Source: Octopus vulgaris
Lineage: Eukaryota
DNA length: 64,000 nucleotides
Assembly: GCA_951406725.2 (NCBI GenBank)
Contig: OX597819.1
Span: 71,424,001 to 71,488,000 of the forward strand
Direction: 5' to 3'
Positions 1-13,110 of this stretch are shown here, in pieces (positions within the stretch are counted from its first letter, which is position 1; the number at the start of each line of letters is the position of its first letter). The notes beneath the pieces are model-generated. The model worked only from the letters and a program-made list of their open reading frames with translations. It had not been told where the DNA came from and did no database searches. A program made the translations under genes and the position numbers.

Positions 1-117
1 TATATTTATAGATAAGTATATTAATATACGATAAATAAGACCCCTACGATATGTAGATGCATATAACGCTGAAGGGTTGCACCTGACTGATTTGGAAATT
101 TGCTTTCCCAAATTATT

Positions 118-182
<65 letters not shown>

Positions 183-235
183 TATACGCACATAATACAC
201 ACAGGCGTACATATATGTGTGTGTATGTATGTATA

Positions 236-363
<128 letters not shown>

Positions 364-653
364 TGCATGTATGCATGTATGTATGTATATGTATAAATGC
401 TGTAATTTGAAGTTAGAAGGCAAAAGTTGCTTTTGTGCAAACTATTAGCAGAGAGCCCAATAAAAAAAAGTTTTCAAAGCCAGTTTTAGAACAATATCGT
501 GACGTTATCAGAACGATTATAAACAAAGAGACACATGACAGCAAAACGAAGTCAGATATTGTAATAAATCTTGAATATTTTCGATAACCTACGACAAAAC
601 ACAAATATCTGTTTAACAGAAAAACTGTTCACTCACACATATGGATATATATG

Positions 654-685
<32 letters not shown>

Positions 686-877
686 TGTATGTATGTATGT
701 ACGTACGTACGTACGTATGTATGTTTGTGTATGTATGTATGTATGTATGTATGTATGTATGTATGTATGTATGTATGTATGTATGTATGTATGTATGTAT
801 GTATGTATGTATGTGGGTAGTTAGGTAAGTAGGTAGGTTTTTTTAATGCTTATTTTCATGTCGCAGTATAATATAAG

Positions 878-1211
878 CAGAAGTTCCCAAACTTTTTGAG
901 CCACCGCCTCCCTAATGGGTACATAATACCTTCAGCGCACCACACCTATTTTTATGTAGAAATAAATATTTTTTATTTTACTAATCTATATATTCTATGA
1001 ATCATTTGATATTTAATATAATATTATATAATTTGTGTACAATACTATAATAATATTATAATACATTCATAGCTTCCTCCAAATCACTGCCTTCCTCCGA
1101 ACGCCTCCTTTTCCTCTACCACGTGCCCCACCGTCTCCTTAGACACCAGCGCCCACCTAGACCGTCTCAACAACCACCGGGCGACGGTAACGTCCACTTT
1201 GAGAACCTATG
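878..1211. mobile_element. Degenerate hAT (Charlie/MER5-like) MITE
   Basis: Imperfect terminal inverted repeats CAGAAGTTCCCAAACT ... ACTTTGAGAACCTATG, subterminal GC-rich motifs and an AT-rich core. An 8-bp TSD is not clearly preserved. Confidence 0.55.
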
Positions 1212-1300
1212 ATAAAAACGATCTAACATTAACCCGAAAGATTAATTAATACTTTTTTGCACAGGACAAATTTATTTTTTTTTTACTAGAAAAGTATTCA

Positions 1301-1343
1301 GAGTGACTTCGAAATTTCGGCCTGCTTAGCCTTCATCGGAATG
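1301..1343 (-). ncRNA. Degenerate minimal hammerhead ribozyme motif
   Basis: Minus strand reads CCGATGA-aggctaagcaggcc-GAAA-tttcgaag-TC. It has a U4->C core variant, a short stem II (ggc/gcc), a near-palindromic stem III and a GUC triplet. Stem I is weak. Confidence 0.5.
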
Positions 1344-1432
1344 TTTGTCAGATGAAAATTAAGCAAGCAACCAAGCCAGAGCTTAGCCGCAGTCTAATGA
1401 CTGCAGGATGTAAAGAGTAATATATATATATA

Positions 1433-1586
1433 TTAGGAAAAAAGAGATGACAAAGCCAAGGCTATGAGGAGTTTTCAGGACATTTATAAGAAATGAGATA
1501 TAGTCTTACACCTGTTTCTGGGATATTATGGATATCCCTTCATCAGAGACGATGTGAGATGGTTAAATAGAGGTAAATGTTTTAGT

Positions 1587-1589
<3 letters not shown>
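1433..1589 (-). mobile_element. Short hammerhead-bearing element (Penelope-like pLTR fragment) between (TA)n tracts
   Basis: About 157 bp of non-simple sequence bounded by (TA)n on both sides and containing the hammerhead at 1503-1550. Confidence 0.6.
1503..1550 (-). ncRNA. Minimal type I hammerhead ribozyme
   Basis: Minus strand reads gtct-CTGATGA-a-gggatat-ccata-atatccc-a-GAAA-caggtg-TA-agac. Stem I is gtct/agac, stem II is 7 bp, stem III is near-palindromic, and the cleavage triplet is GUA. Confidence 0.8.
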
Positions 1590-1662
<73 letters not shown>

Positions 1663-2067
1663 CGTGTGTATGTATGTATGCATGTCTATATATATATATA
1701 TACGCACGCACAAACATTCATATATATATATATACATATATACATATGTATATACACACGTATATAAACACACCCACACATATACACGCACAAAGGGAAG
1801 CAGAGAGAGGGACAGAGAGAGCGTTGCATACGTGTCTGTGTGTGTGTATGTGTGTATGTGTGTATCTGTTCGTCCGGCCTGGAAGCATTTACAGTAGAAC
1901 TAACATATTTATTGGCAATTATATGGTACATCTTGCATGATTACGGAACGCACACTTTTACACTGGATTATATATATATATTCACATACATTCATACATA
2001 CATGCATACATATATGTGTGTGTGCGTGTATATATGTATACATATACATACTCACAAACACACGCAC

Positions 2068-2122
<55 letters not shown>

Positions 2123-2220
2123 CAACAATTGAGGGTAAAATTAATTAATTAATCAATTTCACCAAGTGTTCAGTATGCAAAGGGACCATTTAAGGCGAAT
2201 TCAAATTATTACATTATATA

Positions 2221-2665
2221 AAAGGGCTTAGTAAAATAAATTACTTTGCCGCATACTGAACTCATTAGAAATAGCAGCTAAAAAAACTTTTTTAAAACTA
2301 TTTCCAATACTTAAAGAAAATCTCTCTCGTATAGTGTTTGCTCAATTCAACTCACGAAAGTATGAGGGTAGAAACATTAAAAAATCAAATGCAAAGGTTA
2401 TTTGAGAACGTACGTTTCAAGATTAGTCAAAAAGACATTTCTATAGAAATGTCTTTTTGACTAATCTTGAAACGTACGTTCTCAAATAACCTTTGCATTT
2501 GATTTTTTAATGTTTCTACCCTCATACTTTCGTGAGTTGAATTGAGCAAACACTATACGAGAGAGATTTTCTTTAAGTATTGGAAATAGTTTTAAAAAAG
2601 TTTTTTTAGCTGCTATTTCTAATGAGTTCAGTATGCGGCAAAGTAATTTATTTTACTAAGCCCTT

Positions 2666-2666
<1 letters not shown>
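2221..2666. repeat. Perfect 446-bp spacerless palindrome within a (TA)n-flanked element (about 2118-2673)
   Basis: 2221-2443 is the exact reverse complement of 2444-2666 by eye, centred on ...ATTTCTA|TAGAAAT... Confidence 0.95.
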
Positions 2667-2722
<56 letters not shown>

Positions 2723-2772
2723 ATTGAAGAAATGGAGTTGAACGAAGATTGAACAGAAATCGTTTTATTGCA

Positions 2773-2852
2773 TTCTACACGTGTTTCGAAAGGCACAATT
2801 TACCAAATTCCGATTGAATAAGGAGACCATATTGTGTCTTTCTCTTCAGGAA
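2773..2852 (-). ncRNA. Hammerhead ribozyme motif (inverted copy)
   Basis: Reverse-complement copy of the motif at 3174-3253. Confidence 0.75.
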
Positions 2853-3173
2853 GAAATAGGAAATCCGTTGGAACAGAACAGAGGCGGAGCAAAACAAATC
2901 GAACGAGGCTCCTAAGAGCCCATGGCCAAACTGTTATAAAATATATAATACACCTAACATTCTTTAAATAGTCAGAACTTTAGTCTCGGTCACAAAGAAC
3001 ATCTAAGCACCAGAATGACCGCTGCCTGACCCGTCAAAACCTTCAACGCACCCACCACCAGTTTTCAACATACATTGATAAACAGTTTGGCCATGGGCTC
3101 TTAGGAGCCTCGTTCGATTTGTTTTGCTCCGCCTCTGTTCTGTTTTTGTTTTTTCCAACGGATTTCCTATTTC

Positions 3174-3253
3174 TTCCTGAAGAGAAAGACACAATATGGT
3201 CTCCTTATTCAATCGGAATTTGGTAAATTGTGCCTTTCGAAACACGTGTAGAA
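3174..3253 (+). ncRNA. Type I hammerhead ribozyme motif with long stem II
   Basis: ttc-CTGAAGA-gaaagacacaat...attgtgcctttc-GAAA-cacgtg-TA-gaa. Stem II pairs at 11 of 12 bp, stem III is the palindrome ACACGUGU, the triplet is GUA, and stem I is 3 bp. Confidence 0.78.
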
Positions 3254-3463
3254 TGCAATAAAACGATTTCTGTTCAATCTTCGTTCAACTCCATTTCTTC
3301 AATTCACTAATAATATTAAAATTCAATTATCCGCACCAACGCACGGTTGCAACACCATATGGTTGTACCTCCAACCGTGCTGTCTTCTGCTGTGATTTTT
3401 GCTACCAAGGTATCGGTTAAACTTTTGATTAATCTGCAACAAGATTATTCATCTTTCTATTTC

Positions 3464-3542
<79 letters not shown>

Positions 3543-3725
3543 TTACACAAAGATTCATACATATATATGTGTGTGTGTGTGCTTGTATAAATATACAAAT
3601 ATATTCACACACACACATATATATATATACACTCACACACAGAAGGTTTATACATATGTGCATATATATATATCTATTATGTAAATAGAGGAACATATGT
3701 ACACCCTTGTGTGTGTTTGTGTGTA

Positions 3726-4350
3726 TGTGTGTAGCGGATATAAGACACAGGAGAGAGGGGAGGAATGAAAACAGAATGATCGATAACGTAGAAACCGGAA
3801 TATTGGGAAAGCAGTAGAGACAGAGTCATTAGTTTGAGATACACCCCAGCTTGAATGAATATGAGAGACGAAGGTTTGAGTGAATAGAATAGAGGAAGAG
3901 AAAGCGAATCGATAACTTAGGCAGAATGCAGCACACACACACACAGAGTAGATTGAGGCCTTCAACTTCCGTAGGACTTCCAGACTTTCGTTTTATAGAG
4001 TAGAATTGTTTGTTGCTTTCCTGTTGGCCCTAGCTAACCCCAAAGAAAACTCCTTTATGAACCAGCTACCAGACACGTCCGTCGTTGGTCCCTCGCCTCT
4101 TTAACAGGTTCGACAGTATGGCGGCCGAAATTAGGTAAAAGCCTAAACAGAGGAGGGATGCTGAAATCTGCTGCCGACAGAAAAAGTAACAACACAAGTT
4201 CTGCAAAATAGGGCCCCGAATAGAGGAATCCCTGTTGATTGAAGAGAGAACAGTCATTTCCACGTGGACGTCTGTAATCATATCAAATACGGCTAAACAC
4301 AATGAAAGAAGATTTTCCGGCTGAAAACTCATGATTTCGTATAATTAACA
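3726..4350. mobile_element. Possible solo LTR
   Basis: Complex block of about 625 bp starting TG and ending CA, flanked by GTGTA on both sides. The flanks are GT-rich, so the match may be chance. Confidence 0.25.
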
Positions 4351-4411
4351 GTGTAATCATGAGTGTATATAAATGTATACACATAAATACATGCACATAC
4401 GCATATATACT

Positions 4412-4443
<32 letters not shown>

Positions 4444-4454
4444 GTATATATCTA

Positions 4455-4521
<67 letters not shown>

Positions 4522-4563
4522 ATATATATATATGCATAAGTATACACAAATGCACGCACGCAC

Positions 4564-4630
<67 letters not shown>

Positions 4631-5164
4631 AATCTGCATAAATTTTTGTGTGGTTGGTACGCGCGTATATATATATATGCATACATGTGCGTATATATAT
4701 ATGTACATGTCTGCATGTATACATATATACTATCTCTTTTGGGCCTCTGGAACTGGAATGTTGTCATGCCGCAGCAACCACATCGATCATAATTATTGTG
4801 CAATTGTAAATAATATCGATCTTGAGTACTTGACTTCTCTTTAGTTTATCCTCGTCACAGATATGAAAGACTTTAAGTCGTTTGATTAATAATCGATTAT
4901 TCGATTATTGGCCGACGTGTTCTTGAACCAGTTTAATATTGTGTCCTGTCTATCTGTCTACCTTCATGGTCAAGAACAATACATGGAGGTATATCAAAGT
5001 ATGAAAGTGAGCGACAACGGCCTTTATATTGGCTAATATATTCACAGTTGAGGCACTTTTAATTTCATTTCCGCCGTTATTTATTCTTGAGAGATAAGAA
5101 TGACTTAAAAGAAAACTAACGTACTATTTTAGCTTTCGTCAGAAATATTTGGCATTGTGATATG

Positions 5165-5243
<79 letters not shown>

Positions 5244-5832
5244 ATTATTTTGTCGCGTACTACGACTTTCCTCACAAACACAGATATAGACGCATACACA
5301 AGAAATATACAGACATAAACACAACCAAACACACACATATTTGTACGTGCATGTGTGTGTGCGCGGGCATGAGTGTGCGTGTGTGTGTATGTGTGTGTGT
5401 GTGTTCTTTGAGGTCACTTTACTCAATGATACATGAATGAATTAATTATTCATCGAATTAATATATCCTAAAGTATTGGTTTCTAATTAGTTCAACTAGT
5501 TGCAGATCTATATTTGCCCCCAATACAAATATAAATATAATTAGAGAAAAATTATAAAATAATAAACTTCCATCTTTATAGTTTTCTGTATCTCGTAAAC
5601 GGTTCGCTGAGCGATTAAGTATATTATTGGGCAGCCATATTGAAAACAACGCGGCTGCGCAGCGAGCTCCGTGGCCACACAGCTGTACCATCCTTCAAAA
5701 ATGCTGACATTTTGGCTCTTTCTGTGACTTTCGTTCAAAACGATCTGCATCGCTAAATTTGTTAATTAGTGCATAGTTAATTATGTTGTCTAATTAAGAA
5801 GACTGTGTTTGAGTCTCTTTGTTTCTTCTGTC

Positions 5833-6180
5833 TTTTATCTCTCACTTGTTTTAGTCGTTAGACACCGGCCAAGCTGGGGCACGCGTTGAAGATCTTTAAC
5901 CGAAAGAATCGATCCCCGCCCACTCCACCAGTACTTATATTTTCTAAACCCGATAGCTATTCTATCGGGTTCTTTTGCCGGACCGCTAAGTTACTGGAAC
6001 GTAAATACACCAACGCCGATCGTCAAGCGGTGGTGGAACATAAATACAATCATAAAGGCATAAATACACACGCACACATACATACACACAAACACACACA
6101 TATAGACGGACTCCTTTCAGTTTCCGTCTACCAGATCTGCTCCTTAGTTACCCCTAGAAACTAATAGAAGACACTTGCAC
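5833..6180 (-). mobile_element. SINE family A (tRNA-derived, CORE-like), 5'-truncated
   Basis: Reverse-complement similarity to the fuller copy at 41890-42327, including the internal (CA)n tract. Confidence 0.8.
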
Positions 6181-6861
6181 AAGCATCACCACTATCACCA
6201 CAAACTTACTGCTACCCCTGCTATGACTAACACTTCAATTACCACTAATACCAGTGCCACCACAACCACCATCGTAACCCACCGGTATCTACCCTATGAC
6301 GATGATGATGGTGATTATCACCATCAGCATCATTATCGTCGTCATCCCCATCGTTCTCATCACTATCATTACTATCACAACCACCACCACCACCATCACC
6401 ACCACCATCACCACCACTACTACCATTATCATCTTCCTCATCATCACCAACAACAACAGCAACAATATGGGTTTTAGCTTGATTTCGGTGATAAGCATAC
6501 GAGAAATCAATAAATTTGTTTGAAATTAAATAGAAAAAGAAATAAACAAAAAAGTAAAAAATAAAGAAAAACTAAAAGAAAATGAATAAAAATGAAAACA
6601 AATTAAAAAATAAGTATCTAAATAAGGTCTTTTTCTTTTAGTTAGTGAATGTGTGAGAGAGTTTATTAAACAAGTTTTTTTTTCTTATTTGCAGCAGATC
6701 AATGTTGCGTGAGAGTGTGAGGGTGTGAGAGCGTCCAATGTCACGAGAGTGTCAATATGAAGATGTATGCGCACGCATGTTTCTAAATGCAAATGCATTA
6801 TTTGCAAACGAACGTTTGTTTGTCTAACTTCTTCCTCTCTATTTAAAGCTATATCAATCAT

Positions 6862-6980
<119 letters not shown>

Positions 6981-7047
6981 ATCTGTCTGTCTGTCTGTCT
7001 GTCTCTCTGCCTGTCCGTCTGTATCTGTCTATCTGTCTGTCTTTCTG

Positions 7048-7132
<85 letters not shown>

Positions 7133-7213
7133 GTCTCTCTATATATATATGAGTATTTATTAGTAAATGTATCGACCAATTGATCTGAATCGTTCGCTTT
7201 CTCTTCTATCCTC

Positions 7214-7260
<47 letters not shown>

Positions 7261-7799
7261 GGAGAGAATGAGAGAGAGAGTGTGTGTGTGCATGTGTGAA
7301 AACTTTCAACTTCAAAGTCAAATGCTATATATGTACAGTTTTTTTGCTCTCCTGTGATGGTTCTTCAAGAACCCTCACAGGAGTGGAACAGGTGTTAAAG
7401 TGCAGCATTTAACTTTTACAAATATTTATAATTTAAGTGATTGTACTGCGTTGTCACATTTTCCCCCAGTGCATTGTCAACTTCACTCACTAATCTTTTC
7501 ATAAATTCATATTTCTCTAAATATGTATGTTCTTGTGTATGTATGTATGTTTTTTCCTGGAGTTTTATTCAAGTTCCTCTTAAGCGGGTTCAAGCCGGTC
7601 ACTAACAAAGCGACAAGATGTTTTGAGTTGTATGTATGTATGTATATATGTATGTTGGCTTCTATTTTTATTTATTTGAATGCTTCCTGCAAAATTGAGC
7701 TGATTTCTAACACAAATTTCCATGACTGGAATGTAGTTAGCAAAATACATGCGGAATTTAAGAAAAGTCTTGCATACTTTTACTGTTGCACTTAATAGT

Positions 7800-8300
7800 A
7801 GACACGCATCTAAGGAGTTACTTAGAACAAAACCCGAAGTCATCTGGCTGGAAAGCATATAACTGGACAACACAGGCCTACCGAGCATCTAATTCGTGGA
7901 TTTCTTTTTACCATTGGATTACCTCACCTTATTCATTCGGAGTACGCCATTTCTACACCGTTGAATCATTATAATTTTTACCGTGATTCTTCCTCTTCAC
8001 TTGTCTTCCCTCGACTCTACTTTCGTTCTCCTTCCACTCTCCTTCCTTTACCTCCTCCTCGCCATCACCCACACCTAACTACACGTGGACTGTTGGCGAT
8101 TTTTCCCTCCTTCATCCTTTTCTTTTCGACTTTCCTATGTTTCCTGTTTCAGAAGAAGTGCTATGCTCGAAACATAAAACAACCACTCTATTCCTTCTCT
8201 GAGCGTCTTATTAATATTTTCTATGTCCTACGTCGTCACGTTATTGTTTTTTTTCTTGTCTTTTTCTCCGCTTTCTTAATTAAGTATATTTTTGTGCGCG
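7800..8300 (+). mobile_element. Degenerate Penelope-like element 3' end or pLTR
   Basis: Faint GIY-YIG-like remnant (..EHL..VRHF..), a pyrimidine-rich tract, then a decayed hammerhead at 8145-8181 (tgttt-CAGAAGA-agtgctatgctc-GAAA-ca-TA-aaaca) resembling those at 38094 and 61771. Confidence 0.55.
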
Positions 8301-9159
8301 TGTGTGTTTGTGTATACATATAAGTGTGTGTGTGTGTGTAACAAATGCATATATACACACATATATACGCATATTTATCAATGTATACATGCATGTGGGC
8401 GTATGTATGTGTATATACATATATTCTGTGCACTTAATTATTCATAGCTGTTTGTATTACCATTACCACACCCGCACATTGCTCACACCTGTATGCACAC
8501 CTACACACATATTTGTAGTCACTTACAAAACACACACACACACACGCATCAACATGCATGCGCACATTCACACTCGTTACCTTCTCGTTTAACAACGGTG
8601 CAATTACTACGCACCCAATGAAAAACCTCACTCCTCCTCTAATCATCTCAGAAATGGTCTGCTTGAGACTAGAACTCTTAGAAAGAATACCAGTGATTGG
8701 TTTCATCATAAGAGAAGTTATTTCCCGGTGGATATCAATTCTCAACATAACCCTGTAGTGTAATAACGACAGTCACCCTGGAGGTAACATCCTTAAGACC
8801 TCAATATTTCAAATCTCTCTCTCCTCGCTTTCTCCCCCCCTCTCTCTTTCTTCAATTGCTAGATAGACTCAAATTTTGGCACAAGGCCAGAAATTCCGAA
8901 GAGGTGGGAGGGTAGGAGTTACATTGACCCCAGAGCTTAACTGGTACTTGTTTTTTTTCGACCCCGTAATACTCCTCCTACACCTCTTATGTTAACTCAC
9001 TCTCTGTATTTCTCTTTTGTTCTCACTTTATCCCCTTCTCTCTATGTGATGTAAACAATGGCTTCAGAAACCAACCGACCAACCGACCAACCAATGCTTT
9101 TATGGGTTATAGTTTTAAATGGATAAGAAAAGAATCTTGTCTTTTCTTTTTCATCATTT

Positions 9160-10040
9160 ATCATTTACTTGTTTCAGTCGTTGGAGAGCGCCCATGCTGG
9201 TGCACTACCTTGAAGCGTTTAGTCAAACAAACCGATCCCAGTATTTATGTATTTTTCTAAGTCTGGTACTAATTCTATCGATCACTTTGGTCGAACCGCT
9301 AGGTAACCGGGACGTAAACAAACCAACACCGGTTCTCAAACAGTAATGAGGAACAAACATAAAGATGTAAATACCTATACTCTTTCATACGTTTCAGTCA
9401 TTTGACTGCGGCCATGCTGCAGCACAGCCTTTAGTCGAACAAATCGACCCCAGGACTTATTCTTTGTAAGCTAAGTACTTAATCTATCGGTCTCTATTGC
9501 CGAACCGCTAAGTTACGGTGACATAAACAAACCAACATCGGTTATCAAGCGATTGTGGGGGACAAACAGAGACACAAACGCACACACACACATAAATATA
9601 AATATATATATATATACATACAAGACGGGCTTCTTTCAGTTTCCGCCTACCAGATCTATTCACAAGGCTTTAATCGGCCCGAGTCAACAACTATTGAAAA
9701 GGTTGCAAGATGCAACGAAAATTTTAGGAAAGTAAATAAGTAAATAAGTGGAAATTTTATCGGTGAGTGTGTTAAATAATAAGGCCCTAAAGAGAATGAC
9801 TCTCTCTAGATACACACAGAAAATATGCTTCAAAACACAAACTCACATAAAGAATTTTGCAAACCAAACCCCAAAAGGAAATATATATATATGTGTGTGT
9901 GTGTGTGTATGTGTGTGTGTGTGTGTAAGAGTATATGACGAATTTCCACATAGTTTCCGCCCACTAAATTTACTCACAGGGCATTGTGAGTGAAAACATT
10001 TGCCAAATGTAACACACAGTGAAACTGAAGCTGAAACCAC
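9160..10040 (-). mobile_element. Cluster of SINE family A fragments (about 9160-9350, 9380-9690, 9940-10040)
   Basis: Repeated motifs gtttcagtcatttgactgcggccatgctg, gccgaaccgctaagttacgg and ctttcagtttccg. Confidence 0.8.
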
Positions 10041-10459
10041 GCGGTTTTCTTAACCATTTTAGCCACTCCTGGGTCTATAATAATGACCTGAGGTTGGCGA
10101 AGGACCAGCCCAAAGAGTGCTACTGGTCAGATGAAGTTCGTGGGGGTGTATGATTAATAGCTTTAAGGGATTATTGGTCAGTGCTGTTAAACTGGGCAAC
10201 GGACTGGGTCTGCCACCCAAACTGTGAGATTCCTGGTTTTCAGGAGGTGAGTATAAGCAATGTGAGTTAAATGAAACTGTAAAAAACGAGAAACGCAAGA
10301 GGAGTCGATATTTGTTGCTATTAATGACTTTTCATGAAGCACGAGACTTGTCGGTAGCAGCAAGTTCTCAATTATTGATGTGGAAATTATTGGAATGGTA
10401 CATAGATCAATTATTGTGTTCTGTTATCACTACCACATACTCTCTGCCCAACATCGCAT

Positions 10460-10494
<35 letters not shown>

Positions 10495-10601
10495 TTCTCG
10501 CTCTCTCTTTCTCTCTCTCTTCTCTCCTTCTTTTCCTCTCTCTCTTCTCTCTCTGATTCTTCTTCCTCTTCCTGTCTATATTTCTGATATATATACACAT
10601 G

Positions 10602-10670
<69 letters not shown>

Positions 10671-12689
10671 TACATATATATATACACACACATATATATA
10701 TATATATTTATACACGTATATACATACATATAAATGCGTACACATACACACACACACAAAATACAATATATACATACAAATGTGTAATCATTCATTAGTC
10801 CACACATACTTACTCATACTCTCAAATACATTTCACACATGTACACACAAGTACAACATTACATACATAAATACATAAATACATATATGTATGCATGCAT
10901 ATATGCAAATGTTTGTATATAAATAAATATCTATTAATCTTTCCAAAAAGAATATAGAATAAGATCGTAATAAGATTCAACATGCGCGGGTACACACACA
11001 CACACACACGCACACACAGAGTCACGTATGCTTGTACATATGTATTTTAATGTATAGTTTATTTACTTCTTAAACATATGTATACTGACATGTGTGCACA
11101 TACACATACATATACATATGCACATACACATACATATGCACATAAATGTAAATATATATATATATATATATATAGACACATATATTTGTATATATACCTA
11201 CATATCTAAATACGAATGCATATGCACATATGGATGTATGCATATATGTGTGTTTATCTGTATGTTTGTGTATAAGTTTATTTTGTGCTCAGATAAATTG
11301 AACCATAATAGAACTGTAGCATTTTTAATAACGAAATTAAGTTTTATATTAAGTAAAGAAAAACAAAATAATCTGAAAAAATACTTTGTGATGGGAATAT
11401 TATTATTCATACCAAACGTCTAAAATACTAACATCGAAATATTTATTTTCTCTAACGAAATAACCAGCAGTGAAGTGGGTGATTTATTGGAAATCCTACG
11501 GGATAAAAATATGAAACCCGATGACGGGTGGAAGAACAGCATTCATCGAATATTGTGAAAGAAACGAAAAGAGAAGAAAAAGGGATGGCTACCTTGTAAG
11601 TGTAAAAATCAACGGAATGAAAGATAAAAGGAAGTTACAAGGGTGAGATTGTGACTCAGGAGAATCATCTGATCAGGCCACGTTTCTGTATTTAGCGATC
11701 GAAAGGATGAATAATAAAACCGATAAAAACACCAGGGTTGAGTATAGAAATCGATTGTACAGAGAATGGTTACCGGGTGGAAGTGGTTATTCAACCACGT
11801 CGAAGGAAGATGATGACTAGTCACAGAGTTTGACTAAAAATAGGAGACAGCACCACAAAACCAAATGAAAATTCAGTCATATTTGTTAATAACAGGCATT
11901 GATTCGAATACGTAATTCTTTTGGTGCGCTTGTAATGTTTCAGAAGGCATCGGTTGTTATTGAAAATAGTTTGATAAGTGAGCAGGAGATCATATTTAAT
12001 ATATATGAGAGGTATACCCTTCTTAATTTATGAACATTTATACTACACCTATTCAATCTACATAGTAAATAAATTTATTTAATGTAATACAATGTTTAAT
12101 AGATCACAGATTCTGACCATATCATACAGATGATATCCAGCTAGATCGAAATAGCAACTGTATACGACTGGTAAGGATTCTATAATGAAAAAGAAAATTT
12201 AATCAAATAATGCATAAAGATAATATACGTTATTTCTTTCACTTCACTAATGAAAACTAGATTCTTAGTAAGATGATTCCCTTCTTTACCATAAACAATA
12301 GCAATCAATCAAGCGAGAAAACAAATATTTGAAAAATAAAACTACTATGTAAAAAGGATTGTACTCAGTAATAATTAGGGAATAGCACTTAATAATAATT
12401 AGGAATTCATTGCAGAATCAGTTGATTGTCGAGCACGGTGTACACGATGTTCGATTTGGTTAGATCATTTTGTGTCACGAGTTCAAATTTCATAACGTCC
12501 ACTTCCATTCTGAGTTCGATAACATACGAACCTGTAAGTGAATTACTGCCGTAGATATGAGAAGCTGTGTTGTATTTCAGCCACAACTAATTCATTTCCT
12601 TTATCAGATAGAGCACTACATTACCCAATGTGTTATTAACGTTTTAAGACGTTAGGTTATGATGGGAAGAAAATTTGATTCCGAAAAAA

Positions 12690-13110
12690 GCGACAGAAAG
12701 AGCACAGTGAAACTATTGTGGAGAATGGCTTATCCAACGTTTCAGTCAGAATCCTTCTTCAGGGTTAAAATGACAGGAGAATGAAAAAGAGTAAACAGAC
12801 ATCAACCTTTAGCATCCTCTGCCTTTGATAAAATGCCGCAATTGAGGGGAACGCAACATAACGTGAGCTTAAATGCGTGGGCAGAAGATACAGAAAGTAG
12901 GAAAGAAAGAGAGAGAGAGAAAGGATAAATGAACAGAGAACAAGAAGCGGGTGAGGATAATTTGGAGGTAAAAAGTGAGGTGAGAAGGGAGCTGAAGGAT
13001 AAGAATGACCAGTGAAAGAGGTACAAAGATAAACGTTCAATATACTCGTTAGTTCTACAGTTCAGAGTTTGAATAAGAAATGTTGTGTTTCCAGGAGGAA
13101 GAGCAACGGA
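12690..13110 (-). mobile_element. Penelope-like element 3' end with decayed hammerhead
   Basis: Minus strand has a remnant resembling PLE ORF C-termini (..FLIQTLN..IERLSL), a pyrimidine-rich UTR, and cc-CTGAAGA-aggattctgact-GAAA-cg-TT-gg at 12733-12766. Confidence 0.55.

Larger units (their letters stand above)
2717..3467 (+). mobile_element. Penelope-like pLTR fragment with inverted partial 5' copy, inserted in (TA)n
   Basis: Arms 2717-2935 and 3081-3309 are inverted and identical except for one 10-nt indel, with a spacer of about 145 bp. Each arm has a hammerhead motif and both flanks are (TA)n. An inverted partial pLTR is a known PLE architecture. Confidence 0.75.

Noticed and set aside
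5060-5150. Minus-strand CTGACGA with downstream GAAA
   Set aside because: Could not close stem II adjacent to both boxes or form stem III. At best heavily decayed.
10063-10246. Apparent plus-strand exon (TTTTAG acceptor, GAG|GTGAGT donor)
   Set aside because: The best frame stops after about 29 codons and has no recognisable product. More likely repeat-derived.
11517-11560. Hammerhead-like CCGATGA...GAAT
   Set aside because: Both core boxes are mutated and there is no convincing stem I or III.
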